From the NCBI RefSeq assembly GCF_006345805.1, contig NC_043003.1, positions 22,878,001 to 22,942,000 on the forward strand: a stretch of DNA of 64,000 nucleotides, written 5' to 3'. The translations under genes were made by a program, and so were the position numbers. The stretch is from Octopus sinensis. Taxonomy: Eukaryota. The notes under the pieces were generated by a model. It was not told where the DNA came from. It did not search any database and saw nothing but the letters and a program-made list of their open reading frames with translations. Below are positions 38,300-52,030 of the stretch, piece after piece (within the stretch, counting starts at the first letter, position 1; every line of letters begins with the position of its first letter).

Positions 38300-38780
38300 T
38301 CGACAGGGTTATATGAAAGACAATGTTGGTCTCGAACAGTGGTTCCCTTGGGATCAGAAATCAAAACATAAGGGCACTAAATCAGTTTCTCAAGGCCGTA
38401 TATCTGCAGCTTCACCAAATCTTATACACTGAATTAAACAAAGCTACATAGATTGCGGAGTTGCAATTAGCTGAATTAAACAAATCTACATCAATATTGC
38501 TGTATGAAAGACAACGTTGGTCTACAACGGTGGTCTCCTTGTGATTTGAAATCAATGCATCAAGGAAAAGAAGTCAATTTCTCAAGGCAATATATCCGGT
38601 GCTCTACCAAATTTTATTGACTGAAATAATTATAGACAGCTATATTGACTTGTACTTAATTATATCGGCATAGATGTTTGAAAGATTACGCTAATCTCCG
38701 TAGGATTTAAAATCAGGACATCAAGAGAGGTAAGTAAATTTCTGAAGGCATTATATCCGGCGCCCTACCAAATATGTAAG
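38300..38780 (-). repeat. Three ancient, diverged tandem units of about 185 bp, related to SINE group A
   Basis: TGAAAGA(C/T)..AAATC..CAT..AATTTCT(C/G)AAGGC..TATATC..ACCAAAT recurs near 38310, 38503 and 38675. Confidence 0.55.
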
Positions 38781-39580
38781 TATGTATGAATATAAGTATG
38801 TATGTATGTAGGTGTGTATGTGTGTGTGTGCATGCATGTATGTGTGTGTGTGTGTTTGGTGATGCAAACAGGAAAATAAAACTCGAAACCTGAGTATACG
38901 TATTGTTTGTTTAATCAGTAGAAGTTACAGAGTAACTAAAAAATCTTGTTTTAAGCTTTGGCACATCAAAGTTTGATAAATGTCAAAACACGAAATTTTC
39001 GAATATGAGTCACTCTGTAAATTCTACAGATAATCAATAAAACATATGCATATATATATGTTTGTATATATATTTATAAGTATATTACAAGTGGTTCCAT
39101 ACAGTAGCTATAGAAGTGTGTAGTTCTAGTGTTGCTTGAAGACTCTTCCTGAACTGTCCTTTCCCACACACTCTCTCCATGTGTCAGGTTAGATCGCATT
39201 ATAATATATCATATTATATAAGTGGTTGTGTGTATATTCATACATTATGTGCTTTATGTAGACATTAATACATTATAATTTATTGAAGGTAAAAAGACTT
39301 CGCAAATTGTGTCGTGAAGATTTCTGAGTTTCAATAAATAACTTGACACTAACTATGGTATTCATGTACTATCTCCACCAATTTGTTTTGCATCCATGTG
39401 CTTACATACACACATACATAAGTAAATACACACAGAGACACACATGCATGCACACACTCATGCACGTACATTCCTAATGTGAATTGACTAACAGAAATAA
39501 AGATAACTGGTTCGGAAAAAGAGCAGTCAGCAAGAGAAATACATTAATGATGATGAGGATGATGATGATGGTGATCCTTT

Positions 39581-39712
39581 CTACTAAAGGCACAAGGTTT
39601 GAAATTTTGGGAAGAGGGGACTAGTCGATTACATTAACCCCAGTACTCAGCTGGTACTTAATTTATCGACCCCGAAAGAATGAAAGGCAAAGTTGACCTC
39701 GACAACTGTATA
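39581..39712 (-). mobile_element. SINE group A, 3' part (tail type 1)
   Basis: Core and tail present, head replaced by (CA)n. Confidence 0.8.
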
Positions 39713-40670
39713 AATTCAAACACACACACAGACACACACAGACACACACACAGACACACAGACACACACACACACACACGCACACACACACACACACACA
39801 CGCACACACACACACATACATCCACATATACACAAACACACATTTATGTATGTACAAATAAGATAAAACAGACGTCAAACAGACTGGTATTTCTCTGCCC
39901 TGGCAAAACGTAGTATTTAGTAAACATCGAGAAGTGTACCTTGAACATGCTGAGGGGAGGGGAAAATTCAAAGTTTCAGACAGATTTGCCACTCACCACG
40001 GCAAGTTTACTGTACTCTTTTGGGCGATTTTACCGTCTGTCTGTCCGTTTATGTCTCTCTCTCTCTCTCGTTCTTCCTCCCTGTCTCGGATACATACATA
40101 TGTGTGTGCATGTGTGTGATGATAAATGTAAAGTCTAAATAGTTTTGTGCAAATAAAAGACTAAAAACTAACTGAAGGTTATTGTTTTATTTTGTCTTTT
40201 ATTTGCATAAAACTATTTATTACATAAGCCTGTTTCCATGACGGCAACAGTTGTATATATATTTTTTTTACCAAAATGTTATGTTTTAAAGCATTGCACT
40301 GTAACAGACAAATAGAAATAGGCAGAAACAAAGAAAATTACTAATATTCATAAAAATATATCAACTTATAAACACAAATAAATTCACATAGTGTCCAGCG
40401 CAGTGTATGATCAATTACGTGGGTATCGATCTTCAAATTTGATTGGTACTCTGTCACGATTACAGGATGTAGGAAGTCAATGTCGAGCATGGCTTAATTT
40501 GAGTTCCGGTTTTGAAGCACCATAAATCATTTTGTCTGATGCTCTAATGATTTTGTCAATCCTCTATATTTTAACTTCTTACATAGGAGCCACAAGGCGA
40601 GAAAGTTTACAGGAAGGAAGTGTCCATTCTCTTTGCTCTGTCCTTAGTATTTTACTCGTATTTTATTTTA

Positions 40671-40731
40671 TTGGGTTGTCCGGAAGGTTCGTGCCGATTT
40701 ATAGTAGCTTACCTTTCGACTTATTTTAGAA
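40671..40731 (+). mobile_element. mariner left-end fragment
   Basis: TA-TTGGGTTGTCCGGAAGGTTCGTGCCGATTTA..TTATTTTAGAA, a direct repeat of the start of 41030. Confidence 0.7.
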
Positions 40732-40734
40732 CTT

Positions 40735-40878
40735 GGACGTAAACACACCGATGCTTAGCGGTTCGGCAAAAGAGACCGATAGAATAAGTACTAGGCTTAC
40801 AAAGAATAAGTCCTGCGGTCGATTTGCTCGACTAAAGGCGGTGCTCCAGCATGGCCGCAGCCAAATGACTGGAACAAG
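40735..40878 (+). mobile_element. SINE group B tail
   Basis: GACGTAAACACACC..AAACAAGTAAAAGAGTAAAAGAGTA. Confidence 0.85.
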
Positions 40879-41029
40879 TAAAAGAGTAAAAGAGTAACGG
40901 AATTGTGGAAATTCTTAAGCATGCAACTTGGTCTTATTTGATAAGTATGTGACACAGAGATCTACTGGAGCCGGATTGAACTGGGTTAAACAGTCTATCT
41001 CAAAATATATTTACCTACTTATATATCTA

Positions 41030-41308
41030 TTGGGTTGTCCGGGAAGTTCGTGCCGATTTATAGGAGCTTACCTTTCGACTTATTTTAGAATATGGTTGAG
41101 TTCATAAAATAGGATTTGACTACACCTCCATTCAGACCACAGTTTAAGCTATCTTTTCGTGGAAGAAGGTTTATGTTCCTATAACCTGTGTTAATTCTGT
41201 AACCCTTTAAAAGGGAAGATAAGAAAATTCATTTTCGGCACTTGATGCTTTGGGTACCAGACAAAAATTGCTACGGCTCGGCTGGGATGTGGTACCCCAC
41301 CCTCCTCA
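41030..41308 (+). mobile_element. Internally deleted mariner
   Basis: TA plus left end, then (M>R)EDKKIHFRHLMLW fused to TRQKLLRLGWDVVPHPP. These are the N- and C-terminal mariner motifs. Confidence 0.8.
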
Positions 41309-41539
41309 GCCGAGTTCTCAATGGCAATTGTGAAAGAGGATTTCTTGTTACGAAGTAGGTCGATGGTCCTCTAGAATTCTTTATTGTCCAATCTAAAATC
41401 AGATTCCAGCTCAATCCCCAAAGTTCTCGCTTAGCATTGGAATTTTAACACTTTCTGTGGCAACTTTTCACTCCTCAGTGTACCTCCTATGCAGAAGGGA
41501 AGACTTATCTCTCGCCTAAGCTTTGTAAGCCTCCGATTT

Positions 41540-41965
41540 GCCCGGATGACATTTTTAACTTCTTTGCTGGAAACTTCATTATGAATACATTCTTCCAGCA
41601 CAAGGATATCGATTGTATACCTGGTATAGGAATACTTTGGAACAAAGGTCACTGACAGATTTTGTTATCGTTTTTGACCTGTTTGATTCTGTGCTGGACA
41701 AAGCTATCGACTGATCACCCTGTTGCTGTCTGGAACCTAAGACTATCTACAATAGTAAGAACTCACAAAAGTGGCAAGTCCATTACGACGTCCAAGAAAA
41801 GTTGGGAAGCTCTGGCTGATGATGGGATCACAAACAAACATGCAGACATTATTGTATCCAAATTCACATTTCTAAACAAACTGAGATGGGCGAAATGAAG
41901 TGGAGATGACTTTGTGTAGGCAACTCCTTCTTCGGCTGCACAATGCTGCGGACAAACGTCCGAAA
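41540..41965 (+). pseudogene. RTE-like LINE apurinic endonuclease fragment
   Basis: MNTFFQHKDI/YTWYRNTLEQRSLTDFVIV..KLSTDHPVA..SSAAQCCGQ, with frameshifts. This matches the APE C-terminal motifs. Confidence 0.75.
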
Positions 41966-42047
41966 CTAAAACTCGTAATGTTTTCATCACACTCATACAT
42001 ATACATGTATAAATATTCGTATGAACTCATAACACACATGCATATAT

Positions 42048-42705
42048 GTCACTTCTCCGTTTTATTTCAAGTTTCCTGGCCAATAGAGAAAGAGCCGGTT
42101 GTTAACCTAGATCGATGTCTCCTTCTCTGGAATTTCAACATCAACAAGGAATGTATGAGGGATCAGTGCATTCCATCAACTGACACTGGGGTAAAATATA
42201 CGAAACCCAGGATACCCATCATGGCTACCCGTCATGATAAGGGTACAACGGGTACATGCATCACAACCAGTTAGAATTTTCTTCAGGTTGAGTAGCCCAT
42301 CCCGTTCAAAAGGTCCCAGAATAAGGGTTCTTTAAGGATGTTGAACGAAATATATATGTATGTATATGTGTAGAATTGTATTTTGTTTTATGTACGTCTT
42401 CTCATGCACATAGTTGCATATCTAATCATGATAAACATCTGGAGTGATTTACAGATTTTCAAAGTTCCATTGTTGAATTGGATCTGTAGTCTTCAAATCC
42501 GCTTTCGCCTTTCTGGCTTTGAGAAGCCTGTTTCTCAAGATTGGTATTTAGGCAGTGAATTACAAATCCCAGTACCCTATTAATTACACAGTTATAAACC
42601 CAAACTTGTAACCTCGATAGAGTAGCTGTAGCGTCCTCAATAGTTCAGCGTAGGTATTTAGTTTTTCGCTGATCATTGGCTTTATGTTAGCATGCGTTGG
42701 GTTTC
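42048..42705 (-). mobile_element. R4/NeSL-type LINE 3' end, interrupted at 42155-42350 by a piece of the (AAT)n-associated family
   Basis: ISEKLNTYAELLRTLQLLYRGYKFGF..RRICRLQIQFNNGTLKICKS on minus. Paralog of 1251-1631. Confidence 0.8.
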
Positions 42706-42719
42706 CACAATTGTACATA

Positions 42720-42840
42720 TGTAAGTATGTATGTATGTATGTATGTATGTATGTATGTATGAATGTATGTATGTATGTATGTATGTATGTATGTATGTAT
42801 GTATGTATGTATGTATGTATGTATGTATGTATGTATGTAT
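42720..42840. repeat. (TATG)n microsatellite
   Basis: Direct. Confidence 0.97.
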
Positions 42841-43137
42841 ATCTGTACGTATTTGTTTCAGTGTGTGAATTCGTGTCTGTGAGTGTGTTTCTTTAAAACC
42901 TCATAGGCTTTCGCTTCAAAATTTATTCAGCCCTTTGTCTTTTAAACAAACATCCATAGTTTCAGTGTCTAGATGCTCCTACGATTGTCTTCTAGTCTGT
43001 AGGTATAAAAATCAGTTCACTGTACTTGCTGATTGCATCAGACACGTACCCAGTCAACGTCTGTTGTCGGAATGTCACGATATATTAAAAAGATTCTGTC
43101 CAAACATACTTACAATATATGTGTGTTGAATGCATAT

Positions 43138-43198
<61 letters not shown>

Positions 43199-43390
43199 CA
43201 TTTACATACATGCATGTATATATATGTGTGTATACGTATATATATGTATATGTGTATATATATATGTATATGTGTGTATGTATATATATGCATATATATA
43301 TATATATATATATACAAACACATACATATTACAATTTAATTGTAATATAAGTGTAATGTAATTGGTAAATCTTCGGATGTTTTTTGAATA

Positions 43391-43449
<59 letters not shown>

Positions 43450-43748
43450 CGTGTATATATATATATCAGCAGATAACTTGGAGAGAGAATTATTCAAATG
43501 TAGCCAAAAGGGAAACTAAATGACGCCTAAGCTAGCCTAAATAAAAGACATAAAGGGTGTATAGATACACGCCCTATCTTCAATTTTCCCTCATTCATAG
43601 AAGACATACACACACGCACACACGCACACATACAAGCAAATATATTATGGACTTGGCAAAACAACCTTGAAGTGTCAGTGTTCTAGTTACTTCAACAATG
43701 AAATTCCCCATTAATGATTCATTGATAGATATCTTTGTATGTATGTAT

Positions 43749-44190
43749 GTCATTATTCAGTTTTATTTCTAGGTTTCATGCTAATAGAGAAAGAGCCGGT
43801 TTCTAACCTAGGTTCTATGCTTTTTCATTGGAATTTCAACATGAACAACAGGGTATTTTTATTTGTATGTATTTATATGTGCAGATTTGTATATTTTGCT
43901 TTATGTATGTAAGTATTCTCATGCATATAGTTGCACATCTAGACATGCTCATATATATTTAAATGATAAACTTCTGGAAAGGTTTACAGATTTTTACAGT
44001 TCCGGTAATGGATTGGATCTGCCGTCTTCGAATTAGCTTTCTCCTTTCTGCTTTTGAGAAGCCTAATTTCTTAAGATTAGTATTTACGCAGTGTGTTACA
44101 TATTTCAGAGCACCAATAATTACAGGTATAAACCTGAACTTGTAAACGCAGTAGAGGTAAGACTTTATTATTGTTCACTGATATTTTTCC
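43749..44190 (-). mobile_element. R4/NeSL-type LINE 3' end
   Basis: Third paralog of 1251-1631 (YKFRFIPVIIGAL..IRRRQIQSITGTVKICKPF). Confidence 0.8.
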
Positions 44191-44391
44191 TATCATGTCT
44201 GTAGTAGATTTGTGACTTTTCGGTGGTATAGAAGTATTTTTGACTTTTATTTCTTAGCGATGTAGGTGCTCATGGAGTGCCCTTCTGTATATATGTACAT
44301 ATCTAATATTGTATTATATATTTTATTAATTTTGCCTGTACGGCTGATAATTCGCTTGCCACTCGTGACGGTATTTTCATGATACCATCTC

Positions 44392-44468
<77 letters not shown>

Positions 44469-44674
44469 GCAAAGTACCTAGTTCTAAAATCTCTATACAA
44501 GATGCAACCCCAGGTTGGTTAACGACAACGACACTCTATCAGTGTCGGTTACACAGCAGCATCGGTTGTCAAGCGATGTTGGGGGGACACAAAAGTAGCG
44601 AACATCTTCCATTAAGCGCTGACAGGAAACAATAGACCAGCTGTATCGACATGTGCCCATTATTTCAAAATATT

Positions 44675-44713
<39 letters not shown>

Positions 44714-44736
44714 GCTTAGTGGTTATATATATACAG

Positions 44737-44768
<32 letters not shown>

Positions 44769-45344
44769 TCATATACATATAGATATGTGCACGCGCATGT
44801 GTGTTAGCTACAAATTAACTGGCTAGGATTTTAAGCATTTATGTTGAAGTCTAAACATAAAGTCTAGAGTTTATCCTGCGAGAATCAAATGACATATGGA
44901 TCGTGTCCCAGACGACGTTATTTCGTATTGCAACTAAAGGGATTTGGGACAATCTAATCACTCAGATTAGCATTCATAAATGTTTAAAATGATAACCTAA
45001 TCATTTACTGATCATATGAAATTTCGAAGCTGTTCATCCCAAATGAAGAATGTCCGTTAACTATCATTTAAAGTATTCCACTATGTAACACTTAAATTGT
45101 TTATGGTTTAGAGCAGATCACTTTTTAAGAATAATATGGTGATATGATATAAAGGATGAGTATTGTTAAATATGTCTCATTTACAAAAGACTTTTATTAC
45201 CTCTCCTAAGTCATAACAGTCAAATTTCTGTTTGATAATAGACTATAATACAATAATACAATAAAGAAGCAACCTATGTGCTAATGGGCACGAGCCTACT
45301 AAATGATGTGTGTTACTCGTAACAGGTGGAGTTTGGCTTCAAAT

Positions 45345-47105
45345 TTTAGCACAAGGCTAGCACTTTTTGGATAGTGGGTAAGTCGATTACATCGACCCCA
45401 GTGCTCAGTTGGTACTTATTTTATGGACCACTAAAGGATAAAAAACAAAACTGACCTCGCCGGAATTAGAACTCAGAACGTAAAGACAGTCGATCGTAAG
45501 AGCAGACGTAAAACCTTTCACCCGACGTTCTAACGATTCTTATTTCTTTATTGCCCACAAGGGGCTAAACACAAAGGGGACAAACAAGGACAGACAAAGA
45601 GGTTAAGTCGATTATATCAATCCCAGTGTGTAACTGGTACTTAATTTATCGACCTCGAAAGGATGAAGGGCAAAGTCGACCTCGGCGGAATTTCAACTCA
45701 GAACGTAACAGCAGACGAAATACCTATTTCTTTACTACCCACAAGAGGCTAAACACAGAGAGGACAAACAAGGACAGACAAACGGATTAAGTCGATTATA
45801 TCAACCCCAGTGCGTAACTGGTACTTATTTAATCGACCCCGAAAGGATGAAAGGCAAAGTCGACCTCGGCGGAATTTGAACTCAGAACGAAACGGCAGAC
45901 GAAATACCGCGAAGTATTTCGCCCGATGTGCTAACGATTCTGCTAGTATGTCGCCTTAGGTGGACTTAATAATGATTTCAAATTTTGGCACGAGGCCAGC
46001 AGTTTTGCAGGAAGGGGAAAGTCGAGAACATCGACGTGAGTGTTCAAATGGTATTTATCCAATCGACGCCGAAAGTCGACCGCGGCGGAATTCGATGTGA
46101 AGTTAATATTGGTTTCAAATTTCGGCACAAGGCCTGCAATTTCGGTAAGGGGGTGAGTCGAGTATATCGACCTCAGTATACAACTGGTACTTATTTTATC
46201 GACCATTAAAAGAGGAAAAGCAAAGTGAAACCCAGTTGAATTTGAAGTCAGAACATAAATACGGACGAAATGCTGCTAAGCATTACGCCCAACGCGGTAA
46301 CAATTCTGCCAGCTGTCCACCTTAGGTGGATTTAATATTAATTTCAAAGAATGCAGCGAGCAGGCAGACACGTTAGCCGGGCGAAATGCGTAGCCGTATT
46401 TCGTCTGCCGCTACGTTCTGAGTTCAAATTCCGCCGAGGTCGACTTTGCCTTTCATCCTTTCAGGGTCGATAAATTAAGTACCAGTTACGCACTGGGGTC
46501 GATGTAATCGACTTAATCCGTTCGTCTGTCCTTGTTTGTCCCCTCTGTGTTTAGCCTCTTGTGGGTAGTAAAGAAATAGGTATTTCGTTTGCGCTACGTT
46601 CTGAGTTCAAATTCCGTCGAGGTTGACTTAGCCTTTCATCCTTTCGGGGTCGATTAAATAAGTACCAGTTGTGCACTGGGGTCGATATAATCGACTTAAT
46701 CCGTTTGTCTCTCCTTGTTTGTACCCTCTGTGTTTAGTCCCTTGTGGGTAGTAAAGAAATAGATAATTAGTCTGTCTTTATCGATCTGGAAAGGATGAAA
46801 GGCAAAGTGTATCTCGGCGGAATTTGAACTTAGAATGTAAAGATGGACGAAATGCTGCTGTAGCTATTTCGCCATCTTTTCGTCTTACGGGAGACGGCAA
46901 ACTGGCTGAATCATTAGCATGTCGGGTTAATTGCTTAGCGGTATTTGGTCCATCTTTACATTCTGAGTTCAAATTCCGCTGAGGCCGACTTTACCTTTCA
47001 TCCTCTCGGGGTCGGTAAAATAAGTATCAGTTGATCACTAGGGATCGATATAATCGACATAGCCCCTCCCTCGAAATTGCTGGTCTTGTGCCAAAATTTG
47101 AAACC
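45345..47105. mobile_element. Dense SINE group A cluster in mixed orientation (minus trimer 45345-45958, minus degenerate 45983-46319, plus dimer 46352-46761, further copies to 47105)
   Basis: Repeated heads and cores. A ~29-bp direct repeat, CCTTAGGTGGA.TTAATA.T.ATTTCAAA, lies at 45954-45982 and 46320-46348. Confidence 0.88.
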
Positions 47106-47677
47106 AATAGATAATGTATTTAGTAAAGCGTTTACACATTCGTATATAAAAGACTAGGTCATGCAGAATACTTTTGGCGTATTTGGTAGCACAGCATACC
47201 GGCGTAAGACGGATATGAAAGTCGATACCCGTGAGATATTATTTTAACTTTCGATATTTAAATATTCAGGCTTTATACTTATTCAATACAATTAATTACT
47301 ATGCATATTCTATATTTTGCTCAAAGCGTAAAGATATGAAAATTTCAGTGTAATGCTACATTGTGATGGTTCGAGTGCTGCGCTGAGGAACTTAACAATC
47401 CCATTAAGTTATATTGTTTGTGATATGCATCGTTCGTAGCTTGATGGAAACTTTGCCATCCCATATGCCGACAGCGTTTCAAAATGACTCTCTCTTAGGT
47501 GAAACCCGTGAAGGATAATGGTGTACAGTTGTAGTAGAAATAGAGGTAGTAACAGAATTTATAAGAGCAGCTGTTGCCTCCTGCGCCTTCCCATCATCAT
47601 CATCAATAGTAGTAGTAATAGTAGTAGTAGTAGTAGAAGCAATAGTAGTAGTAGTCATTGTCAGTGATGCTGTTGTA

Positions 47678-48211
47678 TTCTTCTTCTTCTTCTTCTTCTT
47701 CTTCTTCTTCTTCTTCTTCTTCCAATCAGGATTCACGCCATTAGCTACAAAGAATAATCTCTAATTCGAGCCTACTCTAAGCTACTAAGAATGCGTGTGG
47801 CAACTTGAAGATCCACGCACCACACGCGATAGACTGGCGGTTGCACGGGCGTGAAATCTACGTTGTTATCCTCATTCCGTAAACGGTGGCTTTTTAACGG
47901 ATGGAGAGCTGAACCATCCTGGGGTACAGAGGATTCGCAATCTAGACTAGGGTCTGAAAGTTTTACCACATCATAGTGGGTTACACGATGGTTCCTCTGC
48001 TTTGTAGTAGAAGTAGGAAGAAAGAGTGAGAGAAAGTTGTGGTGAAAAAGTACAGCGGGGTTCACCACCCACCCACCCACTCCCGCCGGAGCCTCATAGA
48101 GCTTATGTGTTTTTGCTCAATAAACACTCACAATGCCCGGTTTGGGAATCGAAACCGCGTTCTTACGACCGTGAGTCCACTGCCCTAACCACTGGGCCAT
48201 TGCGCCTCCAC
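47678..48211 (-). mobile_element. SINE group C, long-tail form with (GAA)n tail
   Basis: Reverse-complement paralog of 23027-23449. Confidence 0.85.
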
Positions 48212-49261
48212 TGCTGGTGTTGCTACTGTAGCGGTTCTTTTTTGGCTCTATTTGAACCATGCACAAGAAGACTTATAGTTAAAACTGTTACAGACAGGAT
48301 CATTTATCACTTCAGATGCCACCCAGTTATACACAATGCAATACATCCTTCTCTTTTTTAAACTAAGATAATACAATTTGACGTGGATTTAACTACTATC
48401 CATTTCTAGCCATGCCAGCAACTACGAAGAGCCTCTTCATTCGCTTACGATATCCACTACTACCGTTACTAGATTATATTTCCTTTTCTCGTCATTCAGC
48501 CGAGATTCCCAAGTTATTGTTTTTTTTTTCCTGTCAGATAATCATTGCACTTTTATAAGCCAGTTTGTCTACATTCTCTTTGCTCCACTGAATGCAACAG
48601 TTTTCCTTTTCCTTTTTTTTTTATTTATTCTAAACAGATATCGATTGGTCTACTCGATATTTGGTTTTATTATCATGTACATTGCTGAAAGACATGCTAC
48701 GGTTTCATAATTCCTTACGATTTGACGTCTCATACGCTTCCGGTAACACTGTGTAACGCCTTACATTCATATGATAAAAAAGATACCAACTTGAATTAGT
48801 AGACTAGAAGTAACATGTCTCGGCAACAGATTTATTGCAAATAAAAACTACAGAAGTGTATTTTTGTTGTTCTTGTTGTTGATGTTGTTGTTGTTGTTGA
48901 GGCTGTTGTTATTGTTTTTGTTGTTTATTGCCTGATCAACTTTGCTGCAGCAGATATATGCTCAGAGGCATTGCAGCTATGAAAATCATTGCTCAAAGGT
49001 GTGTTTAGAAATACATATGTAGGAACGTTTAGCAGCTCTTTGCAACAAGTCCAATAACTAGATTGATGCTCCCTAAAGAGATGAATGTTTTTTTTGTATC
49101 ACGAGAAGAATATAGATTGACATTATGCATACAGACACACAGACACACACATACACACACACACATCCATCCATCCATCCATCCTTCCGTTCGTTCGTCC
49201 GTTCGTCCGTCCATCCATCTATCCATCCATCCTTTCTTCCTGTAACATGATGCATGTGTGC

Positions 49262-49598
49262 TGAGACCCCTTCGGTCATGACTGACCATAGGATTGCACC
49301 TAGAAAGTTACTCTCCCAGGTACGAGTCCGGGCAAGGTTGTTTATGGAAGACCAGCAGTCACTCATACATATAAGCTTCCCCTCTCCACGCCATCAGTGT
49401 TATTCAAGAGAAAATTAAAAGGCCAATACAGCTTGGCACCAGTGATGTCGCAACTCATTTCTACAGCTGAGTGAACTGGAGCAACGTGAAATAAAGTGCT
49501 TTGCTCAAGAACACAACACGCAGCCCGGTCCGCCATTCGAACTCACAACCTCACGATTGTAAGATCGACGCTCTAACCACTGAGCTATGCACCTTCAC
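49262..49598 (-). mobile_element. SINE group C, third tail variant
   Basis: Head GTGAAGGTGCATAGCTCAGTGGTTAGAG..GAGTTCGAAT and the shared central domain, then a different tail ending GTCATGACCGAAGGGGTCTC. Confidence 0.8.
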
Positions 49599-49925
49599 AA
49601 TTGCATGTGTTTCTCTATCTAATTTACAATATTTTTAAATACCTATTCTATATGTGTAGGTAAAACATGTATCTACACGTTGAAATGTAACTCCTTTCAT
49701 GGAAATTCACCCCTTATGAAATACTCAATGAACCAGTTTCAATATGAAAATTTTAAATGAATTTAAATGAATTTAGTTTCTCTAATTGAATCAATTGGAT
49801 AGTGAAACTGCTGTAGGGATAAGGATTTCATATATTGATTTGAATATCTTTGAATAGACTGATGTCTATATGTCATTTTCTCCAATTTCTTCTGTTTCTC
49901 ATATATATATATATATATAATATAT

Positions 49926-49979
<54 letters not shown>

Positions 49980-50474
49980 ACAAGCGGTACGAAAAGGAAA
50001 TTATAGGTCTGGATATACACGATGCTGTCGAAATCACTGGAATTTACAAGTAATCGCAACAAACTGAACACCTCATATGTGTCCAGGAAATGTGTGAAGA
50101 CCCTTTTACTGTTCACTCTACGTGTTGTAGTAAACAAGTGTGTATAGCTGGGTATATAAACATAACGCAAGTTCCTCGCGCAAGTGTCAATTGAGAATTA
50201 CATGTGTAGTGTGCTTCTCCGAAACTAATCACAAAATGCAATACAAAGTACCATATGGGCGATTATATATATGTATGCAAGGTGCCTTTGGGCAAAAGGG
50301 TAATAATGTATATGGTATATTAGAATTTGAACCAAGACATATGACTACAGATTTAAAAAAGGGCATAAAAATAACACTGTCGATTATGAAGGATTTGATT
50401 TTCGAATGTATAGAATTATTTGATTTTCGAATGTATAAATGGAGTGAGAAAACGCCAGGTATCGGAGATAAGCG

Positions 50475-50560
50475 CACGTGTCGCATTGGTTAGTTGGTTT
50501 TATTTGGTCTGGCTGCGTGCGGCTCTCATATAAAACCAGTCAACTGCATTCTCCAAAATG
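50475..50560 (+). promoter_or_regulatory. Possible Pol II core promoter
   Basis: CACGTG at 50475-50480, reverse CCAAT (ATTGG) at 50485-50489 and TATAAAA at 50529-50535, in unique sequence. No downstream gene was identified. Confidence 0.25.
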
Positions 50561-51474
50561 TCCAGTGGTTACCCTCGTATTTCGTCTCCCCATTTACTCT
50601 AGAGCCAGAACGTGAGCAGTTGTTAAGAGCACCTTATCTGTCTATTGTCTCACTTCGTGCTAAGTTTCAACCAACAGGTACACACTTCCATATATCCATC
50701 CTCATTTAATGGAGCACACCACGCGTCACAAATCAACCACAATTTCCTTCAACACCTCTCTGAGGGAATATAGAAGACCCGTCCGTTTATCAAAAAACAG
50801 AGGTATCATACCAGCCTCCTTCATCTTCGATCAACTTTTCGGACAAGAAAATGGTGCCTTTTGAGATATAACGTTCCCACATTTTCCTCCAGAAAGACCT
50901 GACTCTTGTCCAAAGCTTCTCTCTGGCTCGTAACGCTAGTAAAAAATGTGCTGTCATGGTAGTTTTTTCATTTTTCAAATCTGTGCTTTCGTCATGTTTT
51001 TATTTTCTATCTAATTTGTGTTTATTAAAGTGTAAAGGCCTGTGCTTACAACGATATTTGTATAATTCTTTTTTGAAAATACTGTTTTATATTTCTTTTG
51101 TTTAGAAAATAAAAAATAAAAAAAAAATTCAAATACTTTTTGAACTGTATTCGTTGCTATCACCTTTGTGGCTCAAACCTAACTTGTTTCTCTAGAAGAT
51201 GTGCTATTAAATCACTAGTAAACAAGAAAAATGATTGCTGGCAAAATATGATAAATATCTAAAGATATTTTCTGCATCAAAGACCATTGTCCACGCTCAA
51301 ATGTTTTACAACGCTGTGTTAACTAAATCAACCAGAAATTATTGATTTTCAATTAAGTAAAACTTGATTAGAATCCAGTATTTCTCGGAGCTCTGTATAG
51401 GCCTATCTCACGGCAAGTATTATTATAGTTATTATTATTATAATTATTGTTATTATCATTATTATTATTATTAT

Positions 51475-52030
51475 TGAGTGAGAGAACAACGAATGTCATC
51501 AAAGTAACACTGGGGTAAAATATATGAAACCCAGGATACCTATCATGACAACCCGTCTGATAAGGGTACACCAGGCATATGCATTACAACCATATGTGCG
51601 CCACATGGTGGTCTCATATCAAGATTAATAGCGCATGACCTTCCAAGTGGGGCCCAGTTAGAATTTTCTTCAGCTCGCGTAGCCCATCCTCCTCAAAAGG
51701 TCGCTAAATAAAGTTTGTTTAAGGATGATGAACAAAACAGCCATGTTTCCAGAGGTGAATAATTCAAACCTCAAAGAGTTCCTCTCAACACACGATTACG
51801 ATTCTCTCCCGCTACTTCTGCTCGTGATAAGAGATGCACATGTCGTCAACTAACAAAGGATATGCTGAACTGGTTAAGGTCAAACAACTGACAAACAAAT
51901 CTGTGGTATTGAACAAAATATTCGCTGTAGACCATTTTTAAAACCAAAGCAAAACAATGTGCATGATAATACTTCCAATCAGTTATGATCAGAGGCCATG
52001 AGAGTCAGTGCCTGGTACATCAGGGCATCT
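51475..52030 (-). mobile_element. (AAT)n-associated non-coding retroelement-like family, full ~555-bp copy
   Basis: Flanked on both sides by (ATT)n. Paralogous to 26557-27036 and 53007-53511. Confidence 0.85.
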
